Of a stretch of 64,000 nt of DNA, positions 24,601 through 37,800 are shown one piece after another. The notes beneath the pieces are model-generated. The model was not told where the DNA came from. It saw nothing but the letters and a program-made list of their open reading frames with translations, and searched no databases. Source of the stretch: Tubiluchus corallicola (lineage: Eukaryota > Animalia > Priapulida). The stretch covers positions 1 through 64,000 of the forward strand of contig JAQGDQ010000428.1 in the NCBI GenBank assembly GCA_030141605.1, given 5' to 3'. The position numbers and the translations under genes are program-made. Position 1 is the first letter of the stretch, and each line of letters begins with the position of its first letter.

Positions 24601-27600
24601 ATTACTTAATTACTTTGTGCTTTATCACAAGGTATCTATGGATAATTAGTTTTCTATGTTGTAATCTTATTACAAATTTCTCAAAAAATATTCTGATATT
24701 GAGCTCAAAAGTGAGATCAAATGTAGTAGAATAAAGCAGCAAAATAGGGTAAGGTACACAGCTCAGTGGACATGTGTGCTTAATGACTGCAATTAAGTAA
24801 ATTTGGGAGTGAGTAGTAAATCGATATGTGACCGCCATGAAAATCACTTAAGGGAGCTTAATCGGTCATGGTACCTCTTATTTCTGTACTCCGTGTCAAT
24901 GAGCTAGGTTATGATATTGCCATAACCAACAAGTAGAACCTACTGATGAGTTCTAGCCCTGCAGGAAGGATGCAGTGTACTAGCTAGATAACAGCTTGTA
25001 ATGACCCAAACATATAAAAAGGTTTGAATTAGTTGTGTTAAAAGGCTAGAAAGCGGTTTTGTCACAACTCATGCAACACTGACAACAAATTTAATAAACA
25101 CTTGCAGTTTCAGGAAACTGATAAAAATCAATTACATTCTACGAACCTTCAGTATGAACAGGTTCACCAGGTGAGTCAGCCAGCTTGTTTTTCACATCCT
25201 GGTGAAAATTAGTGCCCTCATTACCAGCATTCGAATTAATGAACTTCTGCTGCTGAAACTGAAATTACCCTGGCTCTGAGAATCATCATTAATTACGAGT
25301 TTTTGCAAAATCAAACTTTATAACGACTACTTTCGTAAACAAAAGATACAATCTCAGTTTTACTTTAAAAATCATTGCACATATTTATTGTGTATCAATC
25401 ATCATTTGCGTGCAGAATCTGGATAAAGTTATTGAAAACATGCATACCATACAAGTGTCACTCCAGTTTCGTCTCGCAGCTAAGGTTGCTTGTAGCTCAG
25501 TCACATTCATATACACAGGTTGTTGTGCAACTGAAAGTAGAATACAAAACTTGTTAGAAAGAACAAAAGCATCATCTTTTAATTTTTACAATGTGCTTAC
25601 TGTTTACAAGAAGACATTTGAACATGTACTAATGCCAAACCTGATTTTGCAATGAAGCCATATTTTCGAAAAAAAATATTGATGATGTCATATTTTAAGC
25701 AAGTTAAAGACCTGTCACTTTGCAATGAATAGTTATAGCACTTTATGTGAAGACATTAGTACATATTCCACATCAACTAACTGAGTCAGATTTTTCATAT
25801 TTTTAGTAACAAAATGCTAACAGTGATGTAATACTTAGGCACAAGAGTAGTATTTGTGACAGATGAGGATACATTACCCATCATTCTTACTCTCTCAATA
25901 ATTATTCACGTTCAAAAAGTGTTGTAACAGTATTAGTGTCTAGGGTTAACACCTTACACTTGTTTTGGAATTTCTAATATATTTTAACAAAAAGTTGTAC
26001 AATTACCGACAGGAGAAATAAATGGCTTTAAGAAACCAATAACTTCAAAGTTTGCATTGATACTTTTAACTTAAAGGTTCTTAAACATTGTCTTATACAA
26101 TTTATTTTTGTGGTTACAGGCTGTAAGACTTTATATTGATACTTTTGCTGAAACTTTTTGCTTGGAAAGCATGTTCTTATGCTCGGAAATATAATCCAAG
26201 TAAGCAAAATCATTTTACATTTATTGTAGCAAGTTGCAGCTGTTTGTCTGTAATTGGAACTCTGTGAAGACTGGTGAAGTTGTCGACTTCTGGGAGGAAG
26301 CTCACGTGGTGTGCTAACTTTTTCACTGCCTTGCTTATGTTGTGGCTTTGCCTAAGTTCAAACCAAACAAACAACAATATTCTAATACGTCAATACCAGA
26401 CAGAAATACAATGTTCCTAAACAATTATTATGAGTACTGATATCTTTATTTATTAATAGATCACAGTTTTGTAAAGCACGCAAAAATACATATATGGTGT
26501 TTAGCTGCCAGCCAGATGCATACACTGACTTACATTCATTGTTGCTAAATTGCAGCAAAGTATTGCCTTAATCTGAGTAAAATATCAAAATTCGGGATGT
26601 CAAAACTTTGAAGGAAAGGCCCTTTTTTCAGGCTTAGGGGAAACAAGCATCATATAAAGCATTTACATGTATTGCACTTATAGAAGATAAAGAATCTTGT
26701 TGAGACAAAAGATAAAAAACCTTGTTGAGCTGCTTAAAATTTTATATTACTGTACGAATGTAGTAGCACAATTAACAACAGAGTTGTCTTAATCAGGCAT
26801 AGCTTTCAAAACTTCACTAAGCCATTTGCAAACTTAAAGCTGAGTTCTTCACATCAATGTAAACAAGTAAAAACATTACAGTAATGGTAAGACAAAATGT
26901 AAAGGGAGTTTCACATGCCACGCAAATAACTACCCACCTCTACTGGTCGCGTCGGAGCTGGGTTTTCTCTTGATGCCAGACTGTACATCTCATGGGAGCG
27001 AGACATCACTGGGTGTGATGGTGTATCAGTATCCGGGGACTCTGGGGGTGAATTTGTACTTGTGCTTGCGGTACGTTTGCGCATTTCCATTGCAGGTGGT
27101 TGGAACGTCTGAGCAGTAAGTGCTGGTCTAGCAGCACTCTGTCTTTCATATGGACTAAAAGTAACAAATTTATCTATCACCAAATTTGGTTTAAACAGTA
27201 TTTCAATAACAAACAAATGTGATATGCAACATACATACATTTGAAGAGAATAAACAATAGAAAGTTAAAAGGATTGGCTAACAAGTTCAGAAGAACCTGT
27301 ATTAAAACCTCTCCACAATCACCAAACTTGCAAATAATGTGACAGAAACATGCAAAATAAAAAACACCTGGTATCTATGTTATTATAAAATAGGTCTGAA
27401 TATAAAAGACATTTATTCACTGCATATTTCTCTGAAAAAATACTCAAAATGTAACTGCATAATGTAACTTAGCACTTTGACTGCCGGTTCCATTCATGCT
27501 AATCATTAAGTTAACCTAAACCAGAAGTTTTAAAAAAAACTTGAACAACAAATTCACGGTCAAATGCACTGTGAATTTTCACCTTATTATTAAGTTAGGA

Positions 27601-28811
27601 AAAAATTCGGTAATAATAGTTTAAGATGCTTAGAGTATATTTCTGCTTAGGGCATAAAAAAGAAAACGAAATCGTCTTACACAATAACAAAACAACGCAG
27701 CAGTAGGTTAGTGGATTACTTTTAAACAATTGTAAGAGATGCAAAGGTTCAATGGTTGGCCATGGCCTACGATATTTTCCAGTTTATTTAAAAAGCTACA
27801 GACATACACTGTTTGTAGACTTGGCAGGGTGATGAACTCAACCTATTTCTCAACTATTATTCTTCAGATCCAGCTTGTGAACTGGAATGTTAATTTTTCT
27901 GAAAGCTTATTTCAGTTTCCTTTTAATGCAAAAGTCAATAATATGCCCAACCAATACAACCTGGCAACTTCACAGAATCTGATGCATTAGCATTTAAAAT
28001 TGACTGAATTTTGTAACTGAACACTGCGGAGTTACGAGTTTGCTGTTGAACACGGTTGACAAATCTAGCAAGGCAAAAAATTGGAGCAAAATAACTGCAC
28101 AAGGCAAGACGAAACAATAATAAAAACAACATTAAGAATGGTGTTATCAGGAAGCTCAGCTGGGTAACAAAAGGAGAAATCATTTTTCTTGGATCCTACA
28201 CAATTGCAAGCACTAAAAATTAACATGGGTGTGCACCTCTGTCTTTGACTGGTAATCATTAATATTATGATTAAAACATACTACCTAGATATGGTGTGTG
28301 GTCTTTCTGGCATAGCTGAGAGGTTTTTTTCCAGTGTTTCCTCCCACATGGGCCAGCTCATTGTTGAAGGGTAAGGTGAAGAAGGAGTGCTGCCATTACT
28401 AGATGTACCTGTGCTACCACTTTCTTTCAATAAATTCTGAAATAAAGGAAAACATACATACTGGTGTAGAGACAAAAAGCAGAACATTCAACATTGACAT
28501 ACAGGAAAAATTTCACAAGTTGAAAAGGTACCTATTAATAATGGAGTAAAAGGCATGTATGTACATTAGTGTCCATGCTAGATCAGTGATATCGCTTTGA
28601 TTTGATTGTTGTGTCCTGAAGCGTGACCACTAGGCATTTGTTTTTTTTCGAAAAATTTATTTCTGAGCGAAACATAATCAATTTCTCAACAGTAATGTCA
28701 ACAATGGCAGAATACTGGATTCTGATTTGATAGAGATGGAGACCAGATAGAGATAGAGTTTAATAATAAACTTCACAGTTTGAAGTGATTAGTGACTAGA
28801 ATGAGAGAGAG

Positions 28812-28868
<57 letters not shown>

Positions 28869-31800
28869 GAAGGGAGGGAGGGGGGAAAGTAGAGAGAATA
28901 AAATGGATAGAGAAAGCCTCTTATCCATTGGTTAAGTGGTTAAGCAGGGCTTCTGAGTTTTGCTAGTTTCATTAATTACTTAAAGCATTTTGCTGCATGT
29001 AAATACCTTTGTAGTTAAGTCCAAAGGAGGAGGTGTTGCCGGTCTATGGAATAAAGTATCTTGAGAAGTAAAACCAGAATCCTGAGACGAAGCACTGGAT
29101 AAGCGCACACCTGCACCATGTGGAACCTACAGGTAAAATGTTATAGAATTGTGAAATAATAATTTCCCATTTTTACAAAAAAATTGACATTGCGATCACA
29201 GTCATGATCTTTTGTAAAGTGTTATTTAGTGAATGTAAGTAAGAGTCCTAGTACCGAACATGGTATAAAGAAGTATCATTAAAAGTATAATAAAAGGATT
29301 CATCACCAATCCTCAGCACTCGCACTACATGAAATCAAGTGCCAACTATTGTAGATCATACATTACAGAGTGCACGGTATCTCTGCTTATTAAATCGATT
29401 ATACTCATATCTCGGTTTTTCGTACCTTGTTTGTACAGATATCAGAAATCTGGTATTAAAAAGTCTCGCATACTACGGACACAGTCCGTTATTTCACGAG
29501 CTGACCGCTAGCTGGCGGGCCGTCACCTTGTTTACATCCAAGCAGCATGTAACACCACGCGTGTAGCTTGTATGCCAACATGTTTAGTGGTTTAATTTGC
29601 GTGCAAATGGTTTAGACAGTTTAGCAGAGTTAATTGCCAAAAGTTTTTATATACTCTTGCATAGGAGCGGCCAGTACTAGACATTTTTGAGACAATTAGG
29701 CAATTGATTCGACATTACCGTGAGACTAATGCACGGCGACTACTATATAGTAGCTCAGTATGGGAAAATATAGACAATTGGCAAATTTGGATCCGGCAAA
29801 CCAAGATATGAGTGTATTTGTAGTTGTAAGTATTAAACTTGTTGACTGCTTTGCTGGCGTCACCCATATTATTCAGGTAATGTTTATAATAAAATGATAC
29901 ATAATTGAAAATCCAGCATCTTTATGCAGAGCCGCAGCTCATATAAAATTAATAAACATTAATTTTATAAAAAAAAATCAGAATCAATAACAAACGAAAT
30001 TGAATCGAACTGTTCCATCTCTATTAAAGACACCTAACAAATTTCATCAGACTTCATGATTTTCAAGTTTTAATATATCTACAGAAACTCCACAGACATA
30101 ATCTCTTCACCAATCATTGGCGCGAAAGAGGCTGTAAATTTCAAAAACTTTAAATTTTGTCAAAAGATACAGTTACCTGATGAGATATGTTGCGGTAACG
30201 TGGATGATGACTAGGAGAATGATGAGATTTATTAGAACTTGTGCTAGAAGAACTATTCATACTGTTCAAGCTGCACATGCTCGACTTACGAGAACCTCCC
30301 GAACCAGGAGAACCAGGTGGAGTCTAAAACAGAAAATAAACAACATTAGTTAGCCTACTCACAGTTCAATCAACTATAAAATACCATCAATAGAGCTCTG
30401 CAAATGTTATGGTACATATATAAATGTATTCACAGTCTCTAATACAATTGCTAGAGTTTTTAAAACGGTTTGAAATGTAAAACAAATTCTAGAAAGCAGT
30501 TAAAAAGTTATTTTGGAAGCACTTATGTGTATTAAATTTTATTTATTTACCTTATTTACCCATTATTGCAATGGCTTGCTCTAGTATGAACGTCTTTCAT
30601 AAATGTGAAAGTTAAAGGAAACTGGACCCAAACTTAAACTATGGCTCAAAACAATCATCTTATAAAATTTTTTAAAGGGAACACACTATTTTTTCAAGAA
30701 TGCCTTACGTGAAAGAATTATCACCTCAGAAACATAATTTTGCATATCACAAGTATGTCGCCATTTGCTAGTTAGATAGGCACTAGCGCATGCATCTTGG
30801 AAATGCTTGCAACAAGGAGCAGTACCTCTCAGTTCAGAGATGTTCAGTTGTGATGTAGTGCACTGGTTCAACAGCTCATGTGAACATGGCAGAAAATTTG
30901 AATTTTAAACTTAAAACGTGCCAAGCTTTTGTGTATTACAGTGAATGTTGTACAGTAACAAAGTGCTTCAGTTATCGCTTTTGCAAACATGTGCAAGACG
31001 CACGTGGAATGTATATACTGTTGAAAATTATTTTCAGTTGTGATGTCATCACAAGTTGGTTTCATCTACCATTAATTAAGTTTTTAACCTCTTAATTGTT
31101 TAATCATTTAATTGTCAGGAATGTTTCGATATTATTACAGGTGTTAAGTGTATACATTTTACTGTACTTCAAAATGGGGTACGATATGAAAAGTCATGCT
31201 GTTTTTGTTTAAGCAAACTGCACACTTTGCTCACATTTACTGTTTGTTTAATTTTCATTCTTAGAGCAAGACTATAAACATTTACATAAAAACATTACCT
31301 GGAAGAACGAGGTTGTGTCAGAATTTTTCAGATCTTGTATGGCTTGTTCACTAGCTTCTGGTAAACAGCGTGGATCAGCAGAATGCCTCTTCAGAGCCCG
31401 TACAATCTCTTCCAAGTGAGAAATCTCACTTATCAGCTCAACTTCCAGCTCCTATCATTAATAACAGCCATCATTATAACATTTCTTACCACTGAATAAT
31501 AATATTTTTTGAAAACATGTTTCTGTACATTAAAATAAGAAAAGAAGTGTAGTAGACAAACTGCTTGCATTAATGTTATCTCCAGTAAACAGAAAACAAT
31601 GAATCACTATCCCAGAGAAAATGCCAAATTTAAACAATGACACTAATGTATATATACATGTCTACAATAAATAAATCAGTGTTACATTTGTCATTTACAG
31701 TTACCGCCAGGTGGTGTATGTTCATAATGAATGCTTAACGACTAAAGTTAAGCAATATTGCCAAAAGTTGAATAATAAATGGATTAGTGATAGGCTGACA

Positions 31801-34800
31801 GCCTTGTTCAATCTTTCCTCTGGTCGAGTTTGTTCACCACACTGATACTGGCTGTTTATCTTGTGGAGGTGAGATGAACTCACAAACTCTCATTTTGGAA
31901 GATTAATATTATTTATTTTGATAATAGACTATGTTCCAGTCCTGTCACAAACATCCATATTAAGTAAGGCCCTGAGTGCTGCATTTCATCTTGCAGTGCA
32001 TCGAACATTGCAAAACGATAAGTGAAATTTACAATTGAAAATTTATTGTAAAACTCTAAATATTTTTATAACATCTTTCAGTGACCTTACCACAGCAGGA
32101 AGAAGACAGTTGACAAAATGGCAATATCGACTTCGTTCCTCCACCATTATGTGCCTCACTGCATTCTTCTCCACTTCGTTCACGGCTGTGTATTTTTCTT
32201 TTAATATCTGCAGCTGCCGATCTAATTGTTTCTGAGTTTCCGGCTTTCCTACAACCGCAAATTTAATCAAAATGTTATCACGTGAATTTGAACAGTCAAA
32301 CAAAATACGATTTCCGCGGGTAGTAGTATCACTGCAAGTCAGTTCTTATGATAATGCAATATTTGATGGCATCATTGCAAGAAGACTTTCTAGTCAGATT
32401 ATGGAAAAAAATTATTTTCAAACAGAATTTGAATTTATGATTAGGATTTATCATTGTTTGTAGAGATTTTCTTACCCAAGTTCACCAAAAATGTTTACAA
32501 AGTTGTATTTTTCATAATTATTGAGACTTGAACTACATACAACACGTGTTATATAAATCATCATTTTACATTTGTATCCAAGCTTTTATTGGTCCCAAGG
32601 TGAATGTGTGATGGTTGATATTGGTTCACAGTGTTCTTGTCATACGTTAACAGCATGAACTAGGCTAAACTATAACAACATCATTACACAAGAACAAGAA
32701 CATTCAGCATTAGAGAAAGGCACACTTTGTGCTTGCATAAAAAAATAACAATTATTTTAGTGCTTGCGTAAATATAAATAGAGAAACTACCTGTAACTTA
32801 TCTTTACCTGAAGTAAAAAATGGTCAATTATGCTTTTCAACTGTAAAAAACATAATGCCAAAGCTATACCTTGCAGCTTGGACCACTCACAAAAAAATAT
32901 CATGTGCCACATTAGCATTTTGTTAAAACGCCAAGCATACACTAAGGTCATTTTCATAACAGTAAGGCATCCGTATTTTTTTCTGTGTTCAGTGATTATC
33001 TGTACAAGTAGCAATAAATAAATGCTCATTTTTCAACATTTCAGGTAGTTTACTGGCCTTACGACCTTGGATCATAGTCAACAGGAACGCTTTTTTGTAA
33101 AATGCATTCGTTCAGTCCTCGCATTCACAGCAATTCAAAATAAAAATCGAAATTTGTTAAATATTATATGAGTACTTACCCTTCTTGGCTTTTTTCTGGA
33201 GTCTTGCCGTGTCTGCAGAGAGTTTCTTAATTTCGTGTCGATTTCTTTTGTATTCTGCAACAGCAAAGCCTCTTGTTTGACTGTGCTAAACTAACCACAA
33301 AAACTTTATGATGCCAAGTTAATGGCCAATTAAGGGAGCAATTAGTGCTCAATATCTGGTAATTTAGATGTGTAATTGCGTGTGTGTGATCGATGTAAAC
33401 GGGCAATATCACTAAAGATTACACAAGAATGAAAAAACCGAAAAACTTGATATAAAATTTTGTGTCACTCAAGAGGCACATGAACATATTTTATTCATCC
33501 CGATGGAACACGTTTGTAAGCCTATATAAACATGGCATGACTGCTCGAATTTTCAAGCTTGCCGAAATGAATGTTACAACAAAAGATGACAAAAAGACGA
33601 AATGTCACCTTTCAGCCCACATTAGGACGTAATATTTTAATTAAACCCTCGTGATCTGCAATTAATTATATGTTACTGATCTACAGATGGTATAAAGTCG
33701 TCATACTTTATGCTTCTGCACTCTGCGTGTACAGCAATAATTACGATTTTTAATATTTTAATTTACTGTATCAAAATCTCTTATAAATCCCAAACAGGCT
33801 GCTTTCATCTCACCATACTCGTTCCGAATGTAACCCCCCATTTCTAAAACTTGACATACGACGTTCTGTACTACATATGTATAAACACTGCATGTGCTGA
33901 ACTGGGTAGCAAGCACTACATTAATTTTTCTCTCTAAATTCTGGTTGTAACGTAACACGGATGCCTGATACCCGATACTGTCAAGCCTTAACATCCTAAA
34001 TGGACTACAGTTCTTAGCAAAGAAGAAACAACTACGCTAAAAGAGAAACCTGGAATATCAAATCTCGCTACAACTGTACTTGCAAAAACGTCTATGTCGT
34101 CCTGCAAAGACGCTTGTAAATTATGTGCAACAGCTGCGTGTATCAATATTCAAGTTTCAATATGTGGTGGCATTATGATGCTAATATATGTCATTGGTGG
34201 TTAAATTTTATAGATCGCTTGGTCAACAAAAATGGAAGATGGTCATTCCTTAAAATGTTTTACATTTCCTACAGATTGCGTCCTCATGCAATCTGAGAAA
34301 AAAAAACAAATATTAAAATGAAGATAAAAACAAAGTAAAATGCACTAGTTATTCAACAACCAAAACCTTTTTAAACCACTTAATTAGAAAAAACCCGAGC
34401 ACATGTTTACACTAGAGGTAAAATTTGACAAGTATTGCGCGACAGTGTGAACAGGTGACAGCTTTTCAATTAGTACTGCTCTCTCTTAACTAGCGCTAGG
34501 CTTGCAATAGTGACTAAACTTTAACATTCAAGAAAAAGAAAAACAATTACTTCTGAAATGGATAACACCGAGTTGACATTGGCCCTTGAAAAATTTCAAT
34601 AATTAAAAAAGGTACAAGAGCTTGTGTTACTTAAATAACAAGGTGAGACTGACACCAGCGATTGATAGAAAACAGGATGCATAATAAGCAGGTGCTTCTG
34701 ACACAGTGAATTTGAAACTTGGTTTTAGAACATGAAATTTGCAAAACAGCCCCAAGATAGAGCTGGCGAGGAGGCTGCCATACTGCAAATGACAGGATTA

Positions 34801-37800
34801 AATGAACAACTCGTCGCTTTTTCAGCTCTTTCCTGCAGCTTCTGAAATGAAACGTGATTATTACACACAGAAAATGAAAAGCCGGTAGCTCAACAGCAGA
34901 CTGACCTGATTCAGTCCGCCATTCATTAACGTCGATGTAACCGGGCAAATGCTGGCTCGATGAAATATGGGACCCATAAAAATATGGCGCATGGGAATGA
35001 GAAGATTGTGATACATTTTCCGACGAGAACGCCATTCATACATAGTGTGACAAAAGGTATAAATGACTGCTGCCTAAACCAGTATGCCATACTGTAGGTA
35101 ACACACTGTTAGTAATTTGCTGGTACACCTGGTCGAAAATTGCCCACGGGTTACGATCTGATACAATCAAAAATAGTTTCTACAAAACACAGGTCGCCCT
35201 TTAACAAATGACTCTATGGTTGATTCGTAGCCACTTTTTATGCAAGTGTTACATTAAAGTGAAAAAATATGTTCTCGTGTATAAATTATTATACGATTCT
35301 ACGCAATTTGAGCAAAAAAACGCCTTATCTTAAACTACCTACAGGATGTACCAAAAAGCAGCACAAATTTGACCCTTTACTATAAATTGTTTTAAAGATT
35401 AACTAGGTTCATTTTTCTCCAGGCCGGACCTGGTACAGCCTCTCCATTCCGCTACTACTCCTTACAATAGTAAAATCGTAAACTAAGCGCTATTGGAATC
35501 GCTGCGTCCAAAACAATTTAAACTCAGACGTCGAAAAACAACACAAAATACATTCTCCCAATGCGCAACAATATTTGTGAAAATGTATAACATAGTACTC
35601 TAAGTTGCTGCATATTTTATTCAGCGTGCTATTATTAAATGAAGGACAGACGACAGCTAGGTCTTATACCTCTTCATACTCATCACGTCACCTATCCATA
35701 AATAAATCAGCAGATTTAATCAGGGCACCAAGTAATGCACGCATTAGTCTACATAAGTGCTTATTTTCTTGCTTTTTGCTAAAACAATCAAATGTGGGAA
35801 ATTTAATAAGGTGCAGTATTTTCCCTCTATATCATTTTAAAGTGAAGATGACAGTAATCTAAAATTAGAAGTACAAAATACAGTGAATAAAATGAATGGG
35901 CATTAAAGTTGGCGGCGTCGCGTTATTGCTTGACAGAGGATACCGAAACCTGGTTTATTTTTTTCCAGCCATAAATAAACAAGCGTCGTCTGTGTATCGT
36001 CAAAGCGTAAATAAGCTGCCATTTCTGACCTCTGCCAGACAAGTTGTTTACCAGAAATTAGAGGATATGCATGTAGTTCTGTCTTATTACAACCCGCCAA
36101 ATAAATTTTGCTACACACAAGAAAAAAATAATAGTTATCATAAAACAAGCAGTGGTAGAGCAGCCATTGCAAACTTCAATGCACACTGAAACGCACAGTA
36201 GGAAGCATTTCCAACAAAAATTTTCATATGACTAGCCACAAAAAACCTGGCAATACAGTGATTAGATAACAGTCACTTACATTATTTAATTCTGGCTTAA
36301 ACAATATTTATTAGCTCGGATTAGTTCGTTTCATAACTGCTACGATTAACAATCTTCCGTTGAAACAAGCACGCGGAATTGACTGAGAGAGAAAATGTCC
36401 ACCCATTTTTTTTTAAACACGACAGCTGTGTTGTATCTTCATGTAATTGTTTATCCAGTCCCAGACGTGTTTGGGATAAGCCCACCACATGCACACTAAA
36501 GCTTACAGTCTAACGAGGACTAATAATAATATCCCACGAGAAGGAAAAATTCACCAATTACATAATTACTCGTGAGTGATCACGAATGAATGTCAGAATG
36601 AAACAGAGACCAGTCAACTGGTATCATTTAATTCATAATGGCGAGTGTAGTAAACGGACCGCTGGACTTAAACGACGTTTATTTAATGAGCCATATGCAG
36701 TTAGGACTCTTGGGATTAATCAGATTAACAGGCAATTACGAAAATTTCGTCAATCCATCTCTGCAAACTGTGAAAAACATTAAGTTCATTACCGACATTA
36801 CTTACACTAAGACAGCACAAATATGCAAATTCTGCTATGTCCAAACAGGTTTAAAGCTTTTATGAACATTATAAAATCACATTTTTCTGCAATCATATGC
36901 CAAGTAGTTTGACATTTCTGTTAGAAATAAGTTCTCACATTTAGCAGTAACAAGACAGTATCTAAATGCAGATACAAAAAATGTTTACTGAACTTAAAGA
37001 GACAATTTATATTAACTTATCAAGTCTGAATCAGGACACAGTGCATTCTAAATGCAACCACATTAAAAATTAACTATAGATTTGCTATTCGCATACTCAT
37101 CACGTCACCTATCCGAGAACAAATCAGAGCACCCACTGACACCATCAATGTACTCTGCCACACATTCACATACAAACAAGTCACACACTGATTCACCATG
37201 TCATCTATCCATGCACTCAACAGGTCACAAATCAGTATTATCTTCAGATAAGTCATTAACTTATACTATATCGCTTCTCAATATTCTTATCAGGTCACCC
37301 AACCATGTGGACAGTGAGTCACTCCGCTATGTTCTCAACAGTTCTCCATTTCATTACCTCTACCAGGATTCCCATCTACTCACCAACGGCTGCACGTCAA
37401 CCACTTACGTATCACCTATCTTAAAGATTACCTGAACTATGTACCAAATCACCCATCCAGCTGGACACATTGATCACTCACCAAGTTTATGAAACCGCAA
37501 TGCTGCACTCTTCAGGTTACTCAACGAACAACGACAAGTCACTCAAGTAAACACTCAGTAAATATGTGCAATACAACAGTGTGCACATATATATATTCCC
37601 TGGTCACTTGTCTGCATACTTATCAGTTTGCAAGTACCATTCATGTACTAACTAAATCACATAACCACTTACATATTTGGTCACCTATCCATGAACTCAC
37701 CAGATCCGTTCTTATATGCATGCTTATTTATATACCTTTAGAGTGCTCTTTGTCCATCTGAGTAGCAACCTTCTTCCAATCTTCCATTTTGTCCTGCATG

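Noticed and set aside
34631-34905. Remainder of the 134-aa ORF as an independent gene
   Set aside because: Composition turns intron-like after the donor at 34906; better explained as a first exon plus read-through.
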